64,000 bases of DNA, taken from the sequence record NC_024142.2; one strand, given 5' to 3'. This document shows, in pieces, positions 1-11,196 of this stretch. This stretch comes from Escherichia phage Bp4. The notes beneath the pieces are model-generated. The model had not been told where the DNA came from and searched no databases. It was given only the letters and a program-made list of their open reading frames with translations. Numbering within the stretch: position 1 is the first letter of the stretch; the number at the start of each line of letters is the position of its first letter. The translations under genes were made by a program, and so were the position numbers.

Positions 1-2
1 TC

Positions 3-2015
3 TATTTTTCTGTAGGTGTAGACTTGGGTGGATACAAAGTCATTTATGATAAGACTACTCAACGCGCTTACTCATTGCCCGTACTTCCAGTAGGAACCAC
101 TGCTGTAAGTCTTAGTGAACATGCAGTCTTGGTTCATTCGGCAGGTACAGTTGATTTGGGTGAACTGGCTGCTGCACGTAGAGAGTTTGTATGCTTATCT
201 GATTCATTTACTACGGGCTTAGTAGTAAATACTCGAAATGAGCTTTTGATGCATAATGGTATTGGTTATACCTACTTAGGTTCTCTACCCGTAACTATTG
301 TTGAAGGGGCCAACCCTGTTGGCAACACGGATTGGAAGTCCCAAACGGATCCTAATTTGCGTGCTCAGTTGGCATCTCAGGATGGTATGACTTTAATTGG
401 TAGTGTACCCGACGTAACTGCCCTGGCTTCTGTTGGAGCAACAGTAGGGTCTAGTATAATGCTAGATTCGTACTCAGGCTCTTCCGTTGGTGGGGGTATT
501 ATGATTGCGGTTCCTAATACTACTCCTGTAGATGAAGTTGTAACTTTCACCGGTGCAGGAGTGGTCTGGAAGCGTAAGTTCTTTGATGGCACTGCTACGG
601 TATACGATGCAGGTTATACTGGTACGGGGGATATTGCCCCATTCATTAACAAGGTAAACTCTGCCGGTTACGATTGTCTTGTACCTACATCAGGGACTAT
701 TAGTACACCTATCTTACTGGATGTAGCTAAGGGGGCTTTAGTAGGAGCCAATAAGTGTACCCTTACGGAAATGGAAGGTGTAACAGGAGAGTATTATTTA
801 ACCGTAATCAATTCTAATACAGATTACACAGCCCGTGATGCCATTAATGCTACTGCCCTATTAACAGGTATTTCCTTTGTAGGTAAAGGTACTCGAAAGA
901 TGTGCTTGGGCAGTAGTACTGGAGGGGAGATAGCAGAATTACGTATATCTAACTGCGGGTTTATATCTACCGCAGGTATTGAGTTTAAAGATAATGCATA
1001 CCGTATCCTGTTTGATAAGTGCACCATTTCTCGCAGTTTTACTAACTCTGTAATCTTTAATTCCCCGGTTAATGCTGGTGAGGTTATAAAATTCAACCAC
1101 TGCTGGATGGTTGATAATGGGGGTCCATTTACATTTGAGAATGGGCAGTTCATCTTTGATTCATGCTCATTACCAGCAGGTAAAAAGGCAGGCTACTTCG
1201 ATCCAGTAGTGGCATTAAGTGATAATGCTACCTTAGTATTTGCTAACGGTAATATTGAGTATCAACCCGGGCAGAGTTTTGTAGGCTTTACTGTGAGTGG
1301 AAGCTCACGCCTCAGTATTAAAGATTCTACTATTCTGCTTCCAGAAGGCTACAGTACAGTGCCTATTGTTAGTAATGGTGATGGGGTAGTTAGTTTAAAT
1401 AACTGCTCATTGCCCCTCTACGGTAACACAACGATTGCTACTGGATTTGCTACAAGACAGTTGATAGGCGGTGCAAGTAAAAAAGTAATGTCCAGAGGGT
1501 GCTTCCCTCGTGCAGGATTTATTACAACTAACTGGAATCTAGGGAGCATTGTAAGCCCATATATTAATAGTATTAGCAATGGCTCAGGACAGTTTGGAAA
1601 TACATCTAACTGGACACTCTCGCAAACTGGAACAGGTGCTGTCACTGCTACTACAGCAAATGATGTTCCTAACGATTTAATGTTTACAACTTCTTTTGTT
1701 TTATCTGTACCATCAGCAGATGCAGCAGCTAACTTCACTCAAACAATCATTGATTGTGAACCGGGTCGTTATTTTCAGTTTGGTTTTTGGGCTAAAAATA
1801 CAACAACCACCTTGGCGTCAATTAGATTCCTGGACCAGCAAGGAAATGCTGTTGCGGATTCCATAGGATATATCATTCCAGTAGTAAACACGTTCAACTT
1901 TTACGCTTTGGTGGATTGCGTTCCTCCAGGAGCTTACAAAGCTGAAATTAATTTTAATGTTTCTTCAGTTGTTGGAGGCGTCGTAATACACAATGCAGTT
2001 TATGGATTGATTTAA
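3..2015 (+). CDS. tail fiber/tailspike-like structural protein, 5' end cut by window edge
   Basis: Frame is open from nt 3 with no upstream stop (ORF track 24..2015). Gly/Thr/Asn/Ser-rich, beta-rich sequence. Lies just upstream of the lysis cassette and is followed by a hairpin terminator. Confidence 0.5.
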   Translation, partial: YFSVGVDLGGYKVIYDKTTQRAYSLPVLPVGTTAVSLSEHAVLVHSAGTVDLGELAAARREFVCLSDSFTTGLVVNTRNELLMHNGIGYTYLGSLPVTIVEGANPVGNTDWKSQTDPNLRAQLASQDGMTLIGSVPDVTALASVGATVGSSIMLDSYSGSSVGGGIMIAVPNTTPVDEVVTFTGAGVVWKRKFFDGTATVYDAGYTGTGDIAPFINKVNSAGYDCLVPTSGTISTPILLDVAKGALVGANKCTLTEMEGVTGEYYLTVINSNTDYTARDAINATALLTGISFVGKGTRKMCLGSSTGGEIAELRISNCGFISTAGIEFKDNAYRILFDKCTISRSFTNSVIFNSPVNAGEVIKFNHCWMVDNGGPFTFENGQFIFDSCSLPAGKKAGYFDPVVALSDNATLVFANGNIEYQPGQSFVGFTVSGSSRLSIKDSTILLPEGYSTVPIVSNGDGVVSLNNCSLPLYGNTTIATGFATRQLIGGASKKVMSRGCFPRAGFITTNWNLGSIVSPYINSISNGSGQFGNTSNWTLSQTGTGAVTATTANDVPNDLMFTTSFVLSVPSADAAANFTQTIIDCEPGRYFQFGFWAKNTTTTLASIRFLDQQGNAVADSIGYIIPVVNTFNFYALVDCVPPGAYKAEINFNVSSVVGGVVIHNAVYGLI

Positions 2016-2024
2016 TTAAAACTA

Positions 2025-2048
2025 AGGCCCAAACTGGGCCTTTTCTTA
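2025..2048. terminator. bidirectional intrinsic terminator between convergent genes
   Basis: Hairpin AGGCCC-AAACT-GGGCCT followed by TTTTCTT on plus strand; sits between the plus gene ending 2015 and the minus gene ending 2046. Confidence 0.55.
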
Positions 2049-2699
2049 TATAGAGTTTACTGTTTGCATTACCTCAACCGATACTGCTGTTAGGGTAATT
2101 ACTTGCCCGGATAAGTTAAACATACCCAACTGAATACCATCTACCATGAAAGGGTCAGATGAACCAAGTGTGTAAGTAGCTAGTACGTTATCCCTATTAG
2201 CTATGTCCGTACCCTGTACCTTAACACTAGTGTCTGAACCAACTACTGTAGTTCCATTGGTTCGTCTTGTTTGTGTTCTCCATTCTCTTGCTGTACCAGC
2301 ACCTCCTGTAATAGTTCCTGATATACGTACACTGAACATTACCTGGGTATTCCTGGTTCTAATAGGGAATTTAAGATTACCTCCTTCAATTGTTAATGCT
2401 GCTGTACCCCCAGGTGATTTAGTTATCCATGGTAATGAAAAGTAATTGAGCCAGGACTGGTCATTTACTACCTGGCTCCCGGTCCATGTATACAAGTCCA
2501 GAAGGAAAGTATCTTCTAACTCTGTTGGTGGGATGGGTAGTAGTTCAGGGGGAAGCTCTGAAACGTTATTAGCAGAAACTATTCGTTCCCCATAGCTTCC
2601 CACGACCAACAAACCACCCTTCATTTTGCACACAACATCCTTACCACTTTGGAAAATATCTTTAATAGACATAGATACCTCGTAGTTGATACCAGACAC
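2046..2699 (-). CDS. hypothetical protein, convergent to tail gene
   Basis: 217-aa ORF with non-repetitive, protein-like composition. Internal ATG at 2675 is preceded by GAGG at correct spacing, so the true start may be 2675. Confidence 0.4.
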   Translation of the reverse strand: MSGINYEVSMSIKDIFQSGKDVVCKMKGGLLVVGSYGERIVSANNVSELPPELLPIPPTELEDTFLLDLYTWTGSQVVNDQSWLNYFSLPWITKSPGGTAALTIEGGNLKFPIRTRNTQVMFSVRISGTITGGAGTAREWRTQTRRTNGTTVVGSDTSVKVQGTDIANRDNVLATYTLGSSDPFMVDGIQLGMFNLSGQVITLTAVSVEVMQTVNSI

Positions 2700-2796
2700 T
2701 ATGTCTGGATGTACTCCATCATACTAAGTATTATCTAAGAGTCATCTTATGATACGACCCTATTGGGGTTTCTAACTTTACAACTACGGTAATATT

Positions 2797-3126
2797 ATGA
2801 ATGAATCGGGTGAACTGCTCCTAGTCAGACTGGAGGAACGATTGAAGACTCTGTTTGAGAACCATACAAGGGAAAGGCAGGACCGTGAGAAACTGGAGGA
2901 AACTCTGGTGGAACTACGGGATTCAATCAATGACATAGGCAATAGACTGAAAAATGTGGAGGATAGCTTAGCTAAGAATGAACCTACTATTGAAGAGTTC
3001 ATCACCATTAAGCATAAAGTTGTTGGTGCTGGAATTTTTGGTAAGTGGGTGTGGGCTGGGGCAGGTGCAATTATTGGTGTATTGGCTGCTGCAAGACGGG
3101 AGATATTCGCATGGTTCGCAGGCTAA
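2797..3126 (+). CDS. small coiled-coil protein with C-terminal hydrophobic segment (lysis cassette, holin/antiholin-like)
   Basis: 109-aa ORF; charged helical N-terminus and C-terminal stretch GAGIFGKWVWAGAGAIIGVLAAA. Confidence 0.4.
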   Translation: MNESGELLLVRLEERLKTLFENHTRERQDREKLEETLVELRDSINDIGNRLKNVEDSLAKNEPTIEEFITIKHKVVGAGIFGKWVWAGAGAIIGVLAAARREIFAWFAG

Positions 3127-3371
3127 AAAGAAAGGTAGAGCTAGTACCTAACTGGAAAAGATGCTGGAAGTGGGCATCCATCCAGATTAGTACGCTCGGG
3201 TTAATTATGTTTTCTGCCATAGATATCATTCAACCAATGCTGACAGGATTACCTCGTCACATCCTGGAAGATATTCCCCATGGCTCCAATATTGTAATCG
3301 CACTGTTTGCCTTAAACATCATAGGCAGATTAATACGATTCCGACCAAAGGAAGATTCACATGAAAGCTAA
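3111..3371 (+). CDS. putative holin with two predicted TM helices
   Basis: ATG at 3111 inside ORF track 3045..3371; two hydrophobic segments (ISTLGLIMFSAIDII and IVIALFALNIIGRLI); directly upstream of endolysin. Confidence 0.45.
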   Translation: MVRRLKRKVELVPNWKRCWKWASIQISTLGLIMFSAIDIIQPMLTGLPRHILEDIPHGSNIVIALFALNIIGRLIRFRPKEDSHES

Positions 3372-3996
3372 ACAGAAACTTGCTGCGAAAGGTGGTGCAG
3401 TGGGAGGGGTTGTCGCTGCTATCCTGGGGGCAGTGTTTTATATGGAAGGGGGATATGTAAATAATCCTCGTGACCCAGGTGGTGAAACCAATCATGGTAT
3501 TACCCAAGCTGTAGCTAAATCTCACAAAGAAGTTCTGGCTACTGAATACGGCTGGGATGGTTCTATGAAGGGTTTATCTAAAGAGATGGCTGCTGAGATA
3601 TACATTGATGACTACGTACTTAAGCCTAACTTCGTAGCCTTCGCTGATATATCTCCTGCTGTAACACATAAGCTGGTAGATGCTGGTGTTAATACGGGTG
3701 TAACCCGTCCTGCTAAGTGGTTACAGTTGTCTCTTAATGAAATGTCACGTAATGGCAAAGACTACCCTAAAATACAGGTTGATGGTAAAGTTGGTACAAG
3801 TACTGTTAATGCATATAAAGCATTACAGAAAAAACGAGGCAAAGTTGCAGCATGTCAGGTAATGATTAAGTTACTCGATGCTAAACAACTGAACCACTAC
3901 ACCTCATTAAACATGCCAGACTTTACGTATGGTTGGGTAGCTAACCGAATAGGCAATGTGCCACTGGAGGCATGTAATGAAGATGCTAATCTCTAA
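3361..3996 (+). CDS. endolysin, GH108-type N-acetylmuramidase with peptidoglycan-binding domain
   Basis: Motif EGGYVNNPRDPGGETNHGIT is typical of glycoside hydrolase family 108. N-terminal hydrophobic Gly/Ala/Val stretch suggests a signal-anchor-release (SAR) type. Position matches N4 gp61. Confidence 0.8.
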   Translation: MKAKQKLAAKGGAVGGVVAAILGAVFYMEGGYVNNPRDPGGETNHGITQAVAKSHKEVLATEYGWDGSMKGLSKEMAAEIYIDDYVLKPNFVAFADISPAVTHKLVDAGVNTGVTRPAKWLQLSLNEMSRNGKDYPKIQVDGKVGTSTVNAYKALQKKRGKVAACQVMIKLLDAKQLNHYTSLNMPDFTYGWVANRIGNVPLEACNEDANL

Positions 3997-4483
3997 AGGT
4001 TGGCCTTATCTTCTGGTGGTGGTCCTAGGGGCCACCATTTACTTTTGGGGTAATTCCAATGGGCAGTCTACTGTTCAAAAGAAGTGGGATGATCAAAAGG
4101 TTGAAGATCAAAAGGCAATGCAAAAACTACAGGACAAATACAATGCTCTCCAAAGAAACCATAGTTATGAAGTCGGGTTACTCACTTCCCGGTTGCAGAC
4201 GGCTGAGAGTAATTACGCAAGCGAGCTTGCTCGCGTTAGCAGTGATTATGACAGCCGGATGCAACAGTCTGAAAGACGAGCATCGGTATATAAACGTCAA
4301 GCCGAAGCCGGAACCTTTGAGTGCAGAAGTCTTGCAAGCCATGCAGCCAGACTCGACAACAGTCTTGAAGAAGGCAGACGTTTGGTTGAAGAACTCCGGG
4401 CAACTGTTAGACTCCGTGACAGCCAACTAATTGAGTTGGGTAAACAGATTCAGGCTGATCGTAAACTTTTTGAACAGGAATAA
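3956..4483 (+). CDS. i-spanin (Rz-like)
   Basis: N-terminal TM helix ([16 protein letters not shown]) followed by a charged coiled-coil domain; lies immediately after endolysin. Likely start is ATG at 3977. Confidence 0.6.
   Translation: MCHWRHVMKMLISKGWPYLLVVVLGATIYFWGNSNGQSTVQKKWDDQKVEDQKAMQKLQDKYNALQRNHSYEVGLLTSRLQTAESNYASELARVSSDYDSRMQQSERRASVYKRQAEAGTFECRSLASHAARLDNSLEEGRRLVEELRATVRLRDSQLIELGKQIQADRKLFEQE
4167..4430 (+). CDS. o-spanin (Rz1-like) lipoprotein embedded in +1 frame of Rz
   Basis: ORF fully inside the Rz gene in another frame; signal-like [12 protein letters not shown] with Cys, then proline-rich KPKPEP. Start chosen at internal ATG of ORF track 4059..4430. Confidence 0.45.
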   Translation: MKSGYSLPGCRRLRVITQASLLALAVIMTAGCNSLKDEHRYINVKPKPEPLSAEVLQAMQPDSTTVLKKADVWLKNSGQLLDSVTAN

Positions 4484-4485
4484 CT

Positions 4486-6756
4486 ATGGAACACCAAGAC
4501 ACTTTTAAGCCTTTACCAGACCCGGTTCAATCAGAGAAGTTAACGGACTGGAAGAAGGAACCAAGTATCCAATTACTGAAGGGTGATTTGGAATCTGCTA
4601 AACCTGCTCACGATGCAATCATGGCTCAGATTCGTGAGTGGAATGACTTGATGGAAGTCAAGGGTAAGGCTAAACCCCCAAAGGTTAAAGGTCGCTCACA
4701 AGTCCAACCTAGACTGGTTCGCCGTCAGGCAGAGTGGCGTTATGCACCATTATCTGAACCATTTCTCTCATCTAATAAACTCTTTAAGGTAACCCCTGTT
4801 ACTTTTGAGGATGAGTTAGCTGCACGACAGAATGAATTAGTTCTTAACTACCAATTCCGTACCCAGCTTAATAAAGTAAAACTGGTGGATGATTACGTAC
4901 ATAGTGTCGTAGATGATGGTACTGGTATTGCCCGTATTGGTTGGGAACGTAAGACCGTTAAGATTAAAACAGAAACACCAGTCTTCCAGTTGTATCCAAT
5001 TGAGAACCAGGAACAAGCAGATATTCTTCAGCAGGCTTTACAGCTTCAGGCAGAAAATCCCCGTGAGTATGACGAAACAATGCCGGAAGATATTAAGGAA
5101 GCTGTTAACTACTTCAATGAAACTGGAGAAGCTACTTATGCAATCCAGACTGGAGTTACTGAGATAGAGGTAGAGAAGGCACTGGTTAACAGACCTACTG
5201 TTGAAATGCTTAATCCTAATAACGTAGTTATTGACCCGAGTTGTAATGGTGATTTGGACAAGGCTCTGTATGCAGTTATCTCATTTGAGACGTGCAAAGC
5301 AGACCTCATGAAGAACAAAGACCGTTATCACAATTTGGATAAGATTGACTGGGAAAGTTCCAGTCCTATGACTGACCCAGACCATGAAAGTAAAACTCCT
5401 GGTGACTTCCAGTTTAAAGATGCACTACGTAAGAAAGTAGTCGCTTATGAATACTGGGGATTTTACGACATTAATGATGATGGTTCACTGGAACCGATTG
5501 TTGCTACCTGGATTGGTTCTACTCTTATTCGTATGGAGAAGAACCCATTCCCTGATGGTAAGTTACCTTTGGTAGTTGTTCCATACATGCCACGTAAACG
5601 TGAACTCTACGGTGAAGCAGATGCAGAATTGTTAGGAGATAACCAAGCAATTCTTGGTGCAACTATGCGTGGGATGATTGACCTGTTAGGTCGAAGTGCA
5701 AACGGGCAGCGTGGTTATCCTAAAGGGATGTTAGATACTCTGAACCGACGTCGATATGATGACGGACAAGACTATGAGTATAACCCAATGCAGGGCAACC
5801 CTAGTCAGGCCATTATGGAACATAAGTTCCCTGAGTTACCTCAGTCGGCAATAGTTATGACTCAGATGCAGAACCAGGAAGCAGAAGCACTAACTGGTGT
5901 TAAAGCATTCTCTGGAGGTGTAACTGGTGCAGCTTATGGAGATGTGGCTGCTGGTATTCGTGGTGCACTCGATGCAGCATCCAAACGTGAGATGGCAATC
6001 CTTCGTCGATTAGCTAAGGGTATGGCAGACATTGGTACTAAGATTTGTGCAATGAATGCCGTATTCTTATCTGAGAAGGAAGTAGTACGTATTACCAATG
6101 AACAGTACGTAGAAATTAACCGTGAAGACCTTAAAGGTAATTTCGATATTGAGGTTGATATTAATACTGCTGAAATTGATAACCAGAAATCTCAGGACTT
6201 GAGCTTCATGGTTCAAACGTTAGGTAATACAGTTGACCAGACTATTACATTATCTCTCGTAGCTAAAATTGCAGAACTTAAGCGTATGCCAGACCTTGCT
6301 CATGAATTACGTACCTGGCGACCACAACCAGACCCTATGGAAGAACAGCTTAAGCAATTGGCAATTCAAAAAGCACAGCTTGAGAATGAAGAGTTGAAAA
6401 GTAAGATTGCACTCAATAATGCTAAGGCTAAAGAAGCTATTTCTAGTGGTGACCTTAAAGACCTGGATTATCTGGAACAGGAATCTGGTACTAAACATGC
6501 TCGTGATATGGAAAAACAAAAAGCACAATCTCAAGGAAACCAGAACCTTCAAATAACTAAGGCGTTGACAACACCTACTAAAGAAGGTGAAACTACCCCC
6601 AACATATCTGCTGCTGTCGGATATAACGCTTTGACTAACGGGAACTCTTTACAGGAACGTGACTTAGCTGCACAGCAAGACCCGACTTATTCACTTAGTT
6701 CCCAACATTATGACCCTAGCCAAGACCCAGCATCGGCTCTTGGTATGAACTTATAA
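4486..6756 (+). CDS. portal protein
   Basis: 756 aa, same size class as the N4 gp59 portal, at the conserved position between lysis genes and capsid genes. Confidence 0.6.
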   Translation: MEHQDTFKPLPDPVQSEKLTDWKKEPSIQLLKGDLESAKPAHDAIMAQIREWNDLMEVKGKAKPPKVKGRSQVQPRLVRRQAEWRYAPLSEPFLSSNKLFKVTPVTFEDELAARQNELVLNYQFRTQLNKVKLVDDYVHSVVDDGTGIARIGWERKTVKIKTETPVFQLYPIENQEQADILQQALQLQAENPREYDETMPEDIKEAVNYFNETGEATYAIQTGVTEIEVEKALVNRPTVEMLNPNNVVIDPSCNGDLDKALYAVISFETCKADLMKNKDRYHNLDKIDWESSSPMTDPDHESKTPGDFQFKDALRKKVVAYEYWGFYDINDDGSLEPIVATWIGSTLIRMEKNPFPDGKLPLVVVPYMPRKRELYGEADAELLGDNQAILGATMRGMIDLLGRSANGQRGYPKGMLDTLNRRRYDDGQDYEYNPMQGNPSQAIMEHKFPELPQSAIVMTQMQNQEAEALTGVKAFSGGVTGAAYGDVAAGIRGALDAASKREMAILRRLAKGMADIGTKICAMNAVFLSEKEVVRITNEQYVEINREDLKGNFDIEVDINTAEIDNQKSQDLSFMVQTLGNTVDQTITLSLVAKIAELKRMPDLAHELRTWRPQPDPMEEQLKQLAIQKAQLENEELKSKIALNNAKAKEAISSGDLKDLDYLEQESGTKHARDMEKQKAQSQGNQNLQITKALTTPTKEGETTPNISAAVGYNALTNGNSLQERDLAAQQDPTYSLSSQHYDPSQDPASALGMNL

Positions 6757-6769
6757 GGCAGACCTTCAC

Positions 6770-7114
6770 ATGAGTAAAGAATCAACAATCGCAGGACTGG
6801 AACATCGACTGGAAGCTGCTAAAGGTGCAGTTGCACACGCAGAGGATGTACGTAAACTTCTGGAGAATCCACTGTTCCGTAAAGTAATCCTTCGACAGTT
6901 CTGTGTAGAAGATTGTGCACGTTACGTGCAGGAGTCTGGTGACCCACTGCTTGAACCGAATAACCGTGCAGATGCACTTAACATGGCTCAAGCTGCTGGT
7001 CACTTACGTCGTTGGCTCGACCTCGCCATTCGTATGGGTGAAAATGAAGCTGACGTTATTCTTCAGGTAGAAGAAGAACTCGATGCAGTTCGTGCTGAAC
7101 CCGAAGACGAATAA
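6770..7114 (+). CDS. hypothetical protein (head module)
   Basis: 114-aa ORF tightly packed between portal and scaffold-like gene. Confidence 0.45.
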   Translation: MSKESTIAGLEHRLEAAKGAVAHAEDVRKLLENPLFRKVILRQFCVEDCARYVQESGDPLLEPNNRADALNMAQAAGHLRRWLDLAIRMGENEADVILQVEEELDAVRAEPEDE

Positions 7115-7133
7115 TTAACCGGAGATATTTCCT

Positions 7134-8354
7134 ATGACTACGGAAGCTGCAACCACAGCTTCCGACATTCTCGCAATGTCGGATGATGAGATTCTGAATA
7201 TGGAAGCCCCAGCTATTATTGCTGAGGAAGATACTTCCACTCAGAACAACCCAGAAACCAACGGCGTACAGACTCCTGATGAAGAAGTTGACACCCCTGC
7301 TGTTGAAGAACTACCAACCGAAGAAACCTCCCCCGAAACTGACGCAGATGAAGATGATTCAGCAAATTCTTTAACTTCTGATAAAGTTGATGATAAAGTT
7401 GTTGACACAGAAGTTGATAGTAACGGTAAGCCGATTACTGAAGCTGAACCTTCTACTGCTGAACCAGGCCAGGAACAGAAAGAAGAAGGCAAACAGTCTG
7501 AAGGTCTGCCTGCTGACTTCAACTATAAGGAAGGTTATGAGAAGTTGATGGCTCCTTTTAAAGCTAACGGCAAAATGATTACTCCCCGTTCTCCGGAGGA
7601 GGCCATTAGCCTGATGCAGATGGGTGCTAACTATACTCGTAAGATGCAAGAACTTCAGCCGTACCGTAAGGTAATGCTGATGCTACAGAACAACGGTTTA
7701 ATGGATGAGGAAAAACTTTCTTTCCTGATTGACCTGGATAAGAAGAATCCTGAAGCCATTAAAAAGTTGTTGAAAGACTCTGGTACAGATCCTCTGGACT
7801 TTAATCCAGAAGAGGAAATTAACTACCAGGGTGGCAAACACCGTGTTACAGACACCGAAGCAGATTTTGCAACCGAAATTGACGACTTAAAGTCTACTCA
7901 AGAAGGACAAGCTACATTAGGTGTTATTAGCTCGACATGGGATGCTGCCAGTAAAGATGCTCTTTATCAGAATCGTGGCTTACTCCACACCATTCACGAA
8001 CAGCGTGAGAATGGTATTTATGACACCATTGCTAATGAAGTGAATCGTCTTCAGGTGTTAGGTCAGATTCCGGTAGGTACTCCGTTTATTCAGGCTTATA
8101 ACTACGTTGGTAACCTTCTTGCACAACAAGGAGCATTTAACCAAGTAGCTAAGCCTGAACCAGTACAAGCAGTTAAACCAGCAGTTCAGCCGGTAGTGCG
8201 TGTAGCACAACCTAAGCAGACTCTGGCTAACAGTGAGCAAGCTAAAGCAGCTTCCCTTAATCGGGCTGCTACACGTAAAGCAACACCTATTGTAAACCCA
8301 CTCGCTATGAGTGATGAAGATTTCGCTAAACTCCCAGTACCGGGTAGTCTTTAA
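7134..8354 (+). CDS. scaffolding-like protein with highly acidic N-terminal region
   Basis: 406 aa; long Asp/Glu/Thr/Pro-rich N-terminus, helical C-terminus; immediately upstream of the major capsid gene. Confidence 0.45.
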   Translation: MTTEAATTASDILAMSDDEILNMEAPAIIAEEDTSTQNNPETNGVQTPDEEVDTPAVEELPTEETSPETDADEDDSANSLTSDKVDDKVVDTEVDSNGKPITEAEPSTAEPGQEQKEEGKQSEGLPADFNYKEGYEKLMAPFKANGKMITPRSPEEAISLMQMGANYTRKMQELQPYRKVMLMLQNNGLMDEEKLSFLIDLDKKNPEAIKKLLKDSGTDPLDFNPEEEINYQGGKHRVTDTEADFATEIDDLKSTQEGQATLGVISSTWDAASKDALYQNRGLLHTIHEQRENGIYDTIANEVNRLQVLGQIPVGTPFIQAYNYVGNLLAQQGAFNQVAKPEPVQAVKPAVQPVVRVAQPKQTLANSEQAKAASLNRAATRKATPIVNPLAMSDEDFAKLPVPGSL

Positions 8355-8370
8355 ACAGGAATGAGATGAT

Positions 8371-9573
8371 ATGTTAAACTATAACGCTCCAATTGACGGT
8401 CAGAAATCTAGCATTGATGGTGCTGGTTCCGACCAGATGAATACCTATTACTGGCTGAAGAAGGCTATTATTCAGTCTCGTAAAGACCAGTATTTTATGC
8501 CTCTGGCTAACACCGTTAACATGCCGAAGAACTACGGTAAGACTGTTAAGGTGTACGAGTATGTTCCTTTGCTCGACGATAAGAACATTAACGACCAGGG
8601 TATTGATGCTAATGGTGCTACCATCGTTAACGGTAACCTTTATGGCTCTTCCAAAGACGTTGGTAACATCACTTCTAAACTGCCTCTGCTGTCAGAGAAT
8701 GGTGGTCGTGTTAACCGTGTAGGCTTTACTCGTCTGGCTCGTGAAGGCTCTATTCATAAATTCGGCTTCTTCTACGAATTTACTCAAGAGTCCTTGGACT
8801 TTGATTCTGATGACCAACTGAAAGAACACCTGTCTCGTGAACTGATGAACGGTGCTGTACAGTTGACTGAAGCTGTTCTCCAGAAAGACCTGCTGGCTGC
8901 TGCTGGTACTGTACTGTATGCAGGTGCTGCCGTCTCTGATGCTACCATTACTGGTGAAGGTTCTACCCCGTCTGTAGTTTCTTATAAGAACCTGATGCGT
9001 CTTGACCAGATTCTTACTGAGAACCGTACCCCGACCCAGACTACTATCATCACTGGTTCTAAACTGACAGATACCAAAGTACTCGGTGGTACTCGTGTAA
9101 TGTACGTTGGTTCTGAACTGGTTCCAGAACTGAAAGCGATGAAAGACCTGTTTGGTAATAAAGCATTCATCGAAGTTCAGCACTATGCTGATGCTGGTAC
9201 TCTGATGAATGGTGAAATTGGTTGTATTGATAAGTTCCGTATCATCCAGGTTCCAGAGATGCTGCATTGGGCAGGTGCTGGTGCTCAGGTTACTACTAAC
9301 CCGGGTTACCGTACCTCTATGGTATCTGGTCAGGAACACTACGACGTATTCCCGATGCTGGTAGTTGGTGATGACTCCTTCTCTACCATTGGCTTCCAGA
9401 CTGATGGTAAGTCTGTTAAGTTCACCATCATGACTAAGATGCCGGGTAAAGAAACTGCTGACCGTAATGACCCGTATGGCGAAACTGGCTTCAGTTCTAT
9501 CAAGTGGTACTATGGTATCCTGGTTAAACGTCCAGAACGTCTGGCTCTGATTAAGACTGTTGCTCCTCTGTAA
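8371..9573 (+). CDS. major capsid protein
   Basis: 400 aa, matching N4 gp56 size and position; high-expression-like codon usage; strong hairpin terminator follows. Confidence 0.6.
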   Translation: MLNYNAPIDGQKSSIDGAGSDQMNTYYWLKKAIIQSRKDQYFMPLANTVNMPKNYGKTVKVYEYVPLLDDKNINDQGIDANGATIVNGNLYGSSKDVGNITSKLPLLSENGGRVNRVGFTRLAREGSIHKFGFFYEFTQESLDFDSDDQLKEHLSRELMNGAVQLTEAVLQKDLLAAAGTVLYAGAAVSDATITGEGSTPSVVSYKNLMRLDQILTENRTPTQTTIITGSKLTDTKVLGGTRVMYVGSELVPELKAMKDLFGNKAFIEVQHYADAGTLMNGEIGCIDKFRIIQVPEMLHWAGAGAQVTTNPGYRTSMVSGQEHYDVFPMLVVGDDSFSTIGFQTDGKSVKFTIMTKMPGKETADRNDPYGETGFSSIKWYYGILVKRPERLALIKTVAPL

Positions 9574-9591
9574 TAGTCCGAAATAAAACAA

Positions 9592-9614
9592 GGGGGACAT
9601 AAGTCCCCCTCTTA
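9592..9614 (+). terminator. intrinsic terminator after capsid gene
   Basis: Hairpin GGGGGAC-ATAA-GTCCCCC followed by a T-containing tract. Confidence 0.5.
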
Positions 9615-9640
9615 ATAAAACTAAATGAACCACAGGAAAT

Positions 9641-10282
9641 ATGAACATGAGCATTAACGATAAACCGACCACTGACGTAGAAGTGAACGTACAGGGCAAC
9701 GAAGATACCGTTAACGATATTGCAATGCCTAGCGAACTTGAAGTTCTTAAGCAACGTGCAACGTTGATGAATATTAAGTTCTCTAACAACATTTCCGTTG
9801 AAAAGCTTCGTGAGAAGATTGAAGCTGCACAAGTAAAAGATGAACCAGTAGTAGAAGAAGCTGCTGTTAACCCATTGGGTGCTAAGCAGGAAACTGGTGT
9901 TAAGAAGATGACCCTGGGTCAGAAGATTCGTGCAGAACAGACTCGACTGATTCGTGTACGTATCCAGAACCTTGACCCTAAGAAGAAAGACCTGCCGGGT
10001 GAAATTATCACCGTAGCTAACGAATATATGGGTACTGTACGTAAGTTTGTTCCGTTCGGTGAAGTAACCGACAATGGTTATCATATTCCGTACTGTATCT
10101 ACGAGTTCCTTAAAGAACGTAAGTTCATTAACATTACTACTCGTAAAGGTAAGAATGGCTTACCGGACATTCGTGCAACAGAAGCACGTGAGTTCTCCAT
10201 TGAAGTACTGCCTCCGTTGACTGAAGCTGAATTGGCTCAGCTGGCTCAAGCACAGATTGCTGCTGGTAGCCTTAACGATTAA
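9641..10282 (+). CDS. hypothetical virion-associated protein
   Basis: 213-aa ORF in late operon downstream of capsid gene. Confidence 0.45.
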   Translation: MNMSINDKPTTDVEVNVQGNEDTVNDIAMPSELEVLKQRATLMNIKFSNNISVEKLREKIEAAQVKDEPVVEEAAVNPLGAKQETGVKKMTLGQKIRAEQTRLIRVRIQNLDPKKKDLPGEIITVANEYMGTVRKFVPFGEVTDNGYHIPYCIYEFLKERKFINITTRKGKNGLPDIRATEAREFSIEVLPPLTEAELAQLAQAQIAAGSLND

Positions 10283-10352
10283 CGTATAAGCTACAGTTCA
10301 ACACGGCTCACTGGGGTAACTCCGTGGGCCGTTTCTTTTTGAACCAAGAGGA

Positions 10353-11195
10353 ATGATTATGTCTTGTTCTGCTGAGGTAGAAGCTAACCGACTCCTAGAA
10401 GAGTTAACTAAGGGTGATGACTTTACCCTTCCTGATATTGATATGTCTGGTCCTGAATGGGATATCCCTGGTGGAGATGATTCTCCAATCTTTGGGGCTA
10501 TTACTAAAATAACCAATGAATCTCTTACTACCCGTGAAGTAGGAGGCAGTGGTACGTTTGATGCATTAATGGAATCTGCTCACAATCACCTTAAAGCTGA
10601 GTTTAAAGCTAACCGTATTACTGGTGGTGAATATACCAAAGCATACATTGCTATGATGGAATCATGCATGAGTAATGCTGTTCAGTTCTTACTTGGACGT
10701 GACCAGGCATACTGGGCTGCTGCTATGGCACAGATTCAGGCAGTTACTGCTCGTGTTCAACTGGCTACTTCTAAGGCTCAGTTTGTACTGGCTAAGATTC
10801 AGGCATTGTCTGCTAAGAGTGAATACGCTCTTACTAAGATGAAGATTGCTACTGAGTCTGAGACGTATTGTGCTGCATTGTTTAATGCTAATCAGATGTT
10901 ACCTCAACAGCTTAAGCTGATTACTGAGCAGACCGAAGCACAGCGTGCACAGACACTAGATACCCGTAGTGATGGTGCTACTGTTACTGGTTCTGTGGGT
11001 AAACAGAAAGAGTTGTACTCTCAACAGATTACTTCTTACCAACGTGATGCAGAAGTTAAAGCATCTAAGTTGTTTACTGATGCATGGATTACACAGAAGA
11101 CTATTGATGAAGGCTTGAATCCTCCTAATGGTTTCACTAACGCAAGTATTGATACCATTTTGACCAAGCTGAAGACTAACAACGGGCTGAACTAA
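10353..11195 (+). CDS. hypothetical virion protein
   Basis: 280-aa ORF in late operon. Confidence 0.45.
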   Translation: MIMSCSAEVEANRLLEELTKGDDFTLPDIDMSGPEWDIPGGDDSPIFGAITKITNESLTTREVGGSGTFDALMESAHNHLKAEFKANRITGGEYTKAYIAMMESCMSNAVQFLLGRDQAYWAAAMAQIQAVTARVQLATSKAQFVLAKIQALSAKSEYALTKMKIATESETYCAALFNANQMLPQQLKLITEQTEAQRAQTLDTRSDGATVTGSVGKQKELYSQQITSYQRDAEVKASKLFTDAWITQKTIDEGLNPPNGFTNASIDTILTKLKTNNGLN

Positions 11196-11196
11196 T

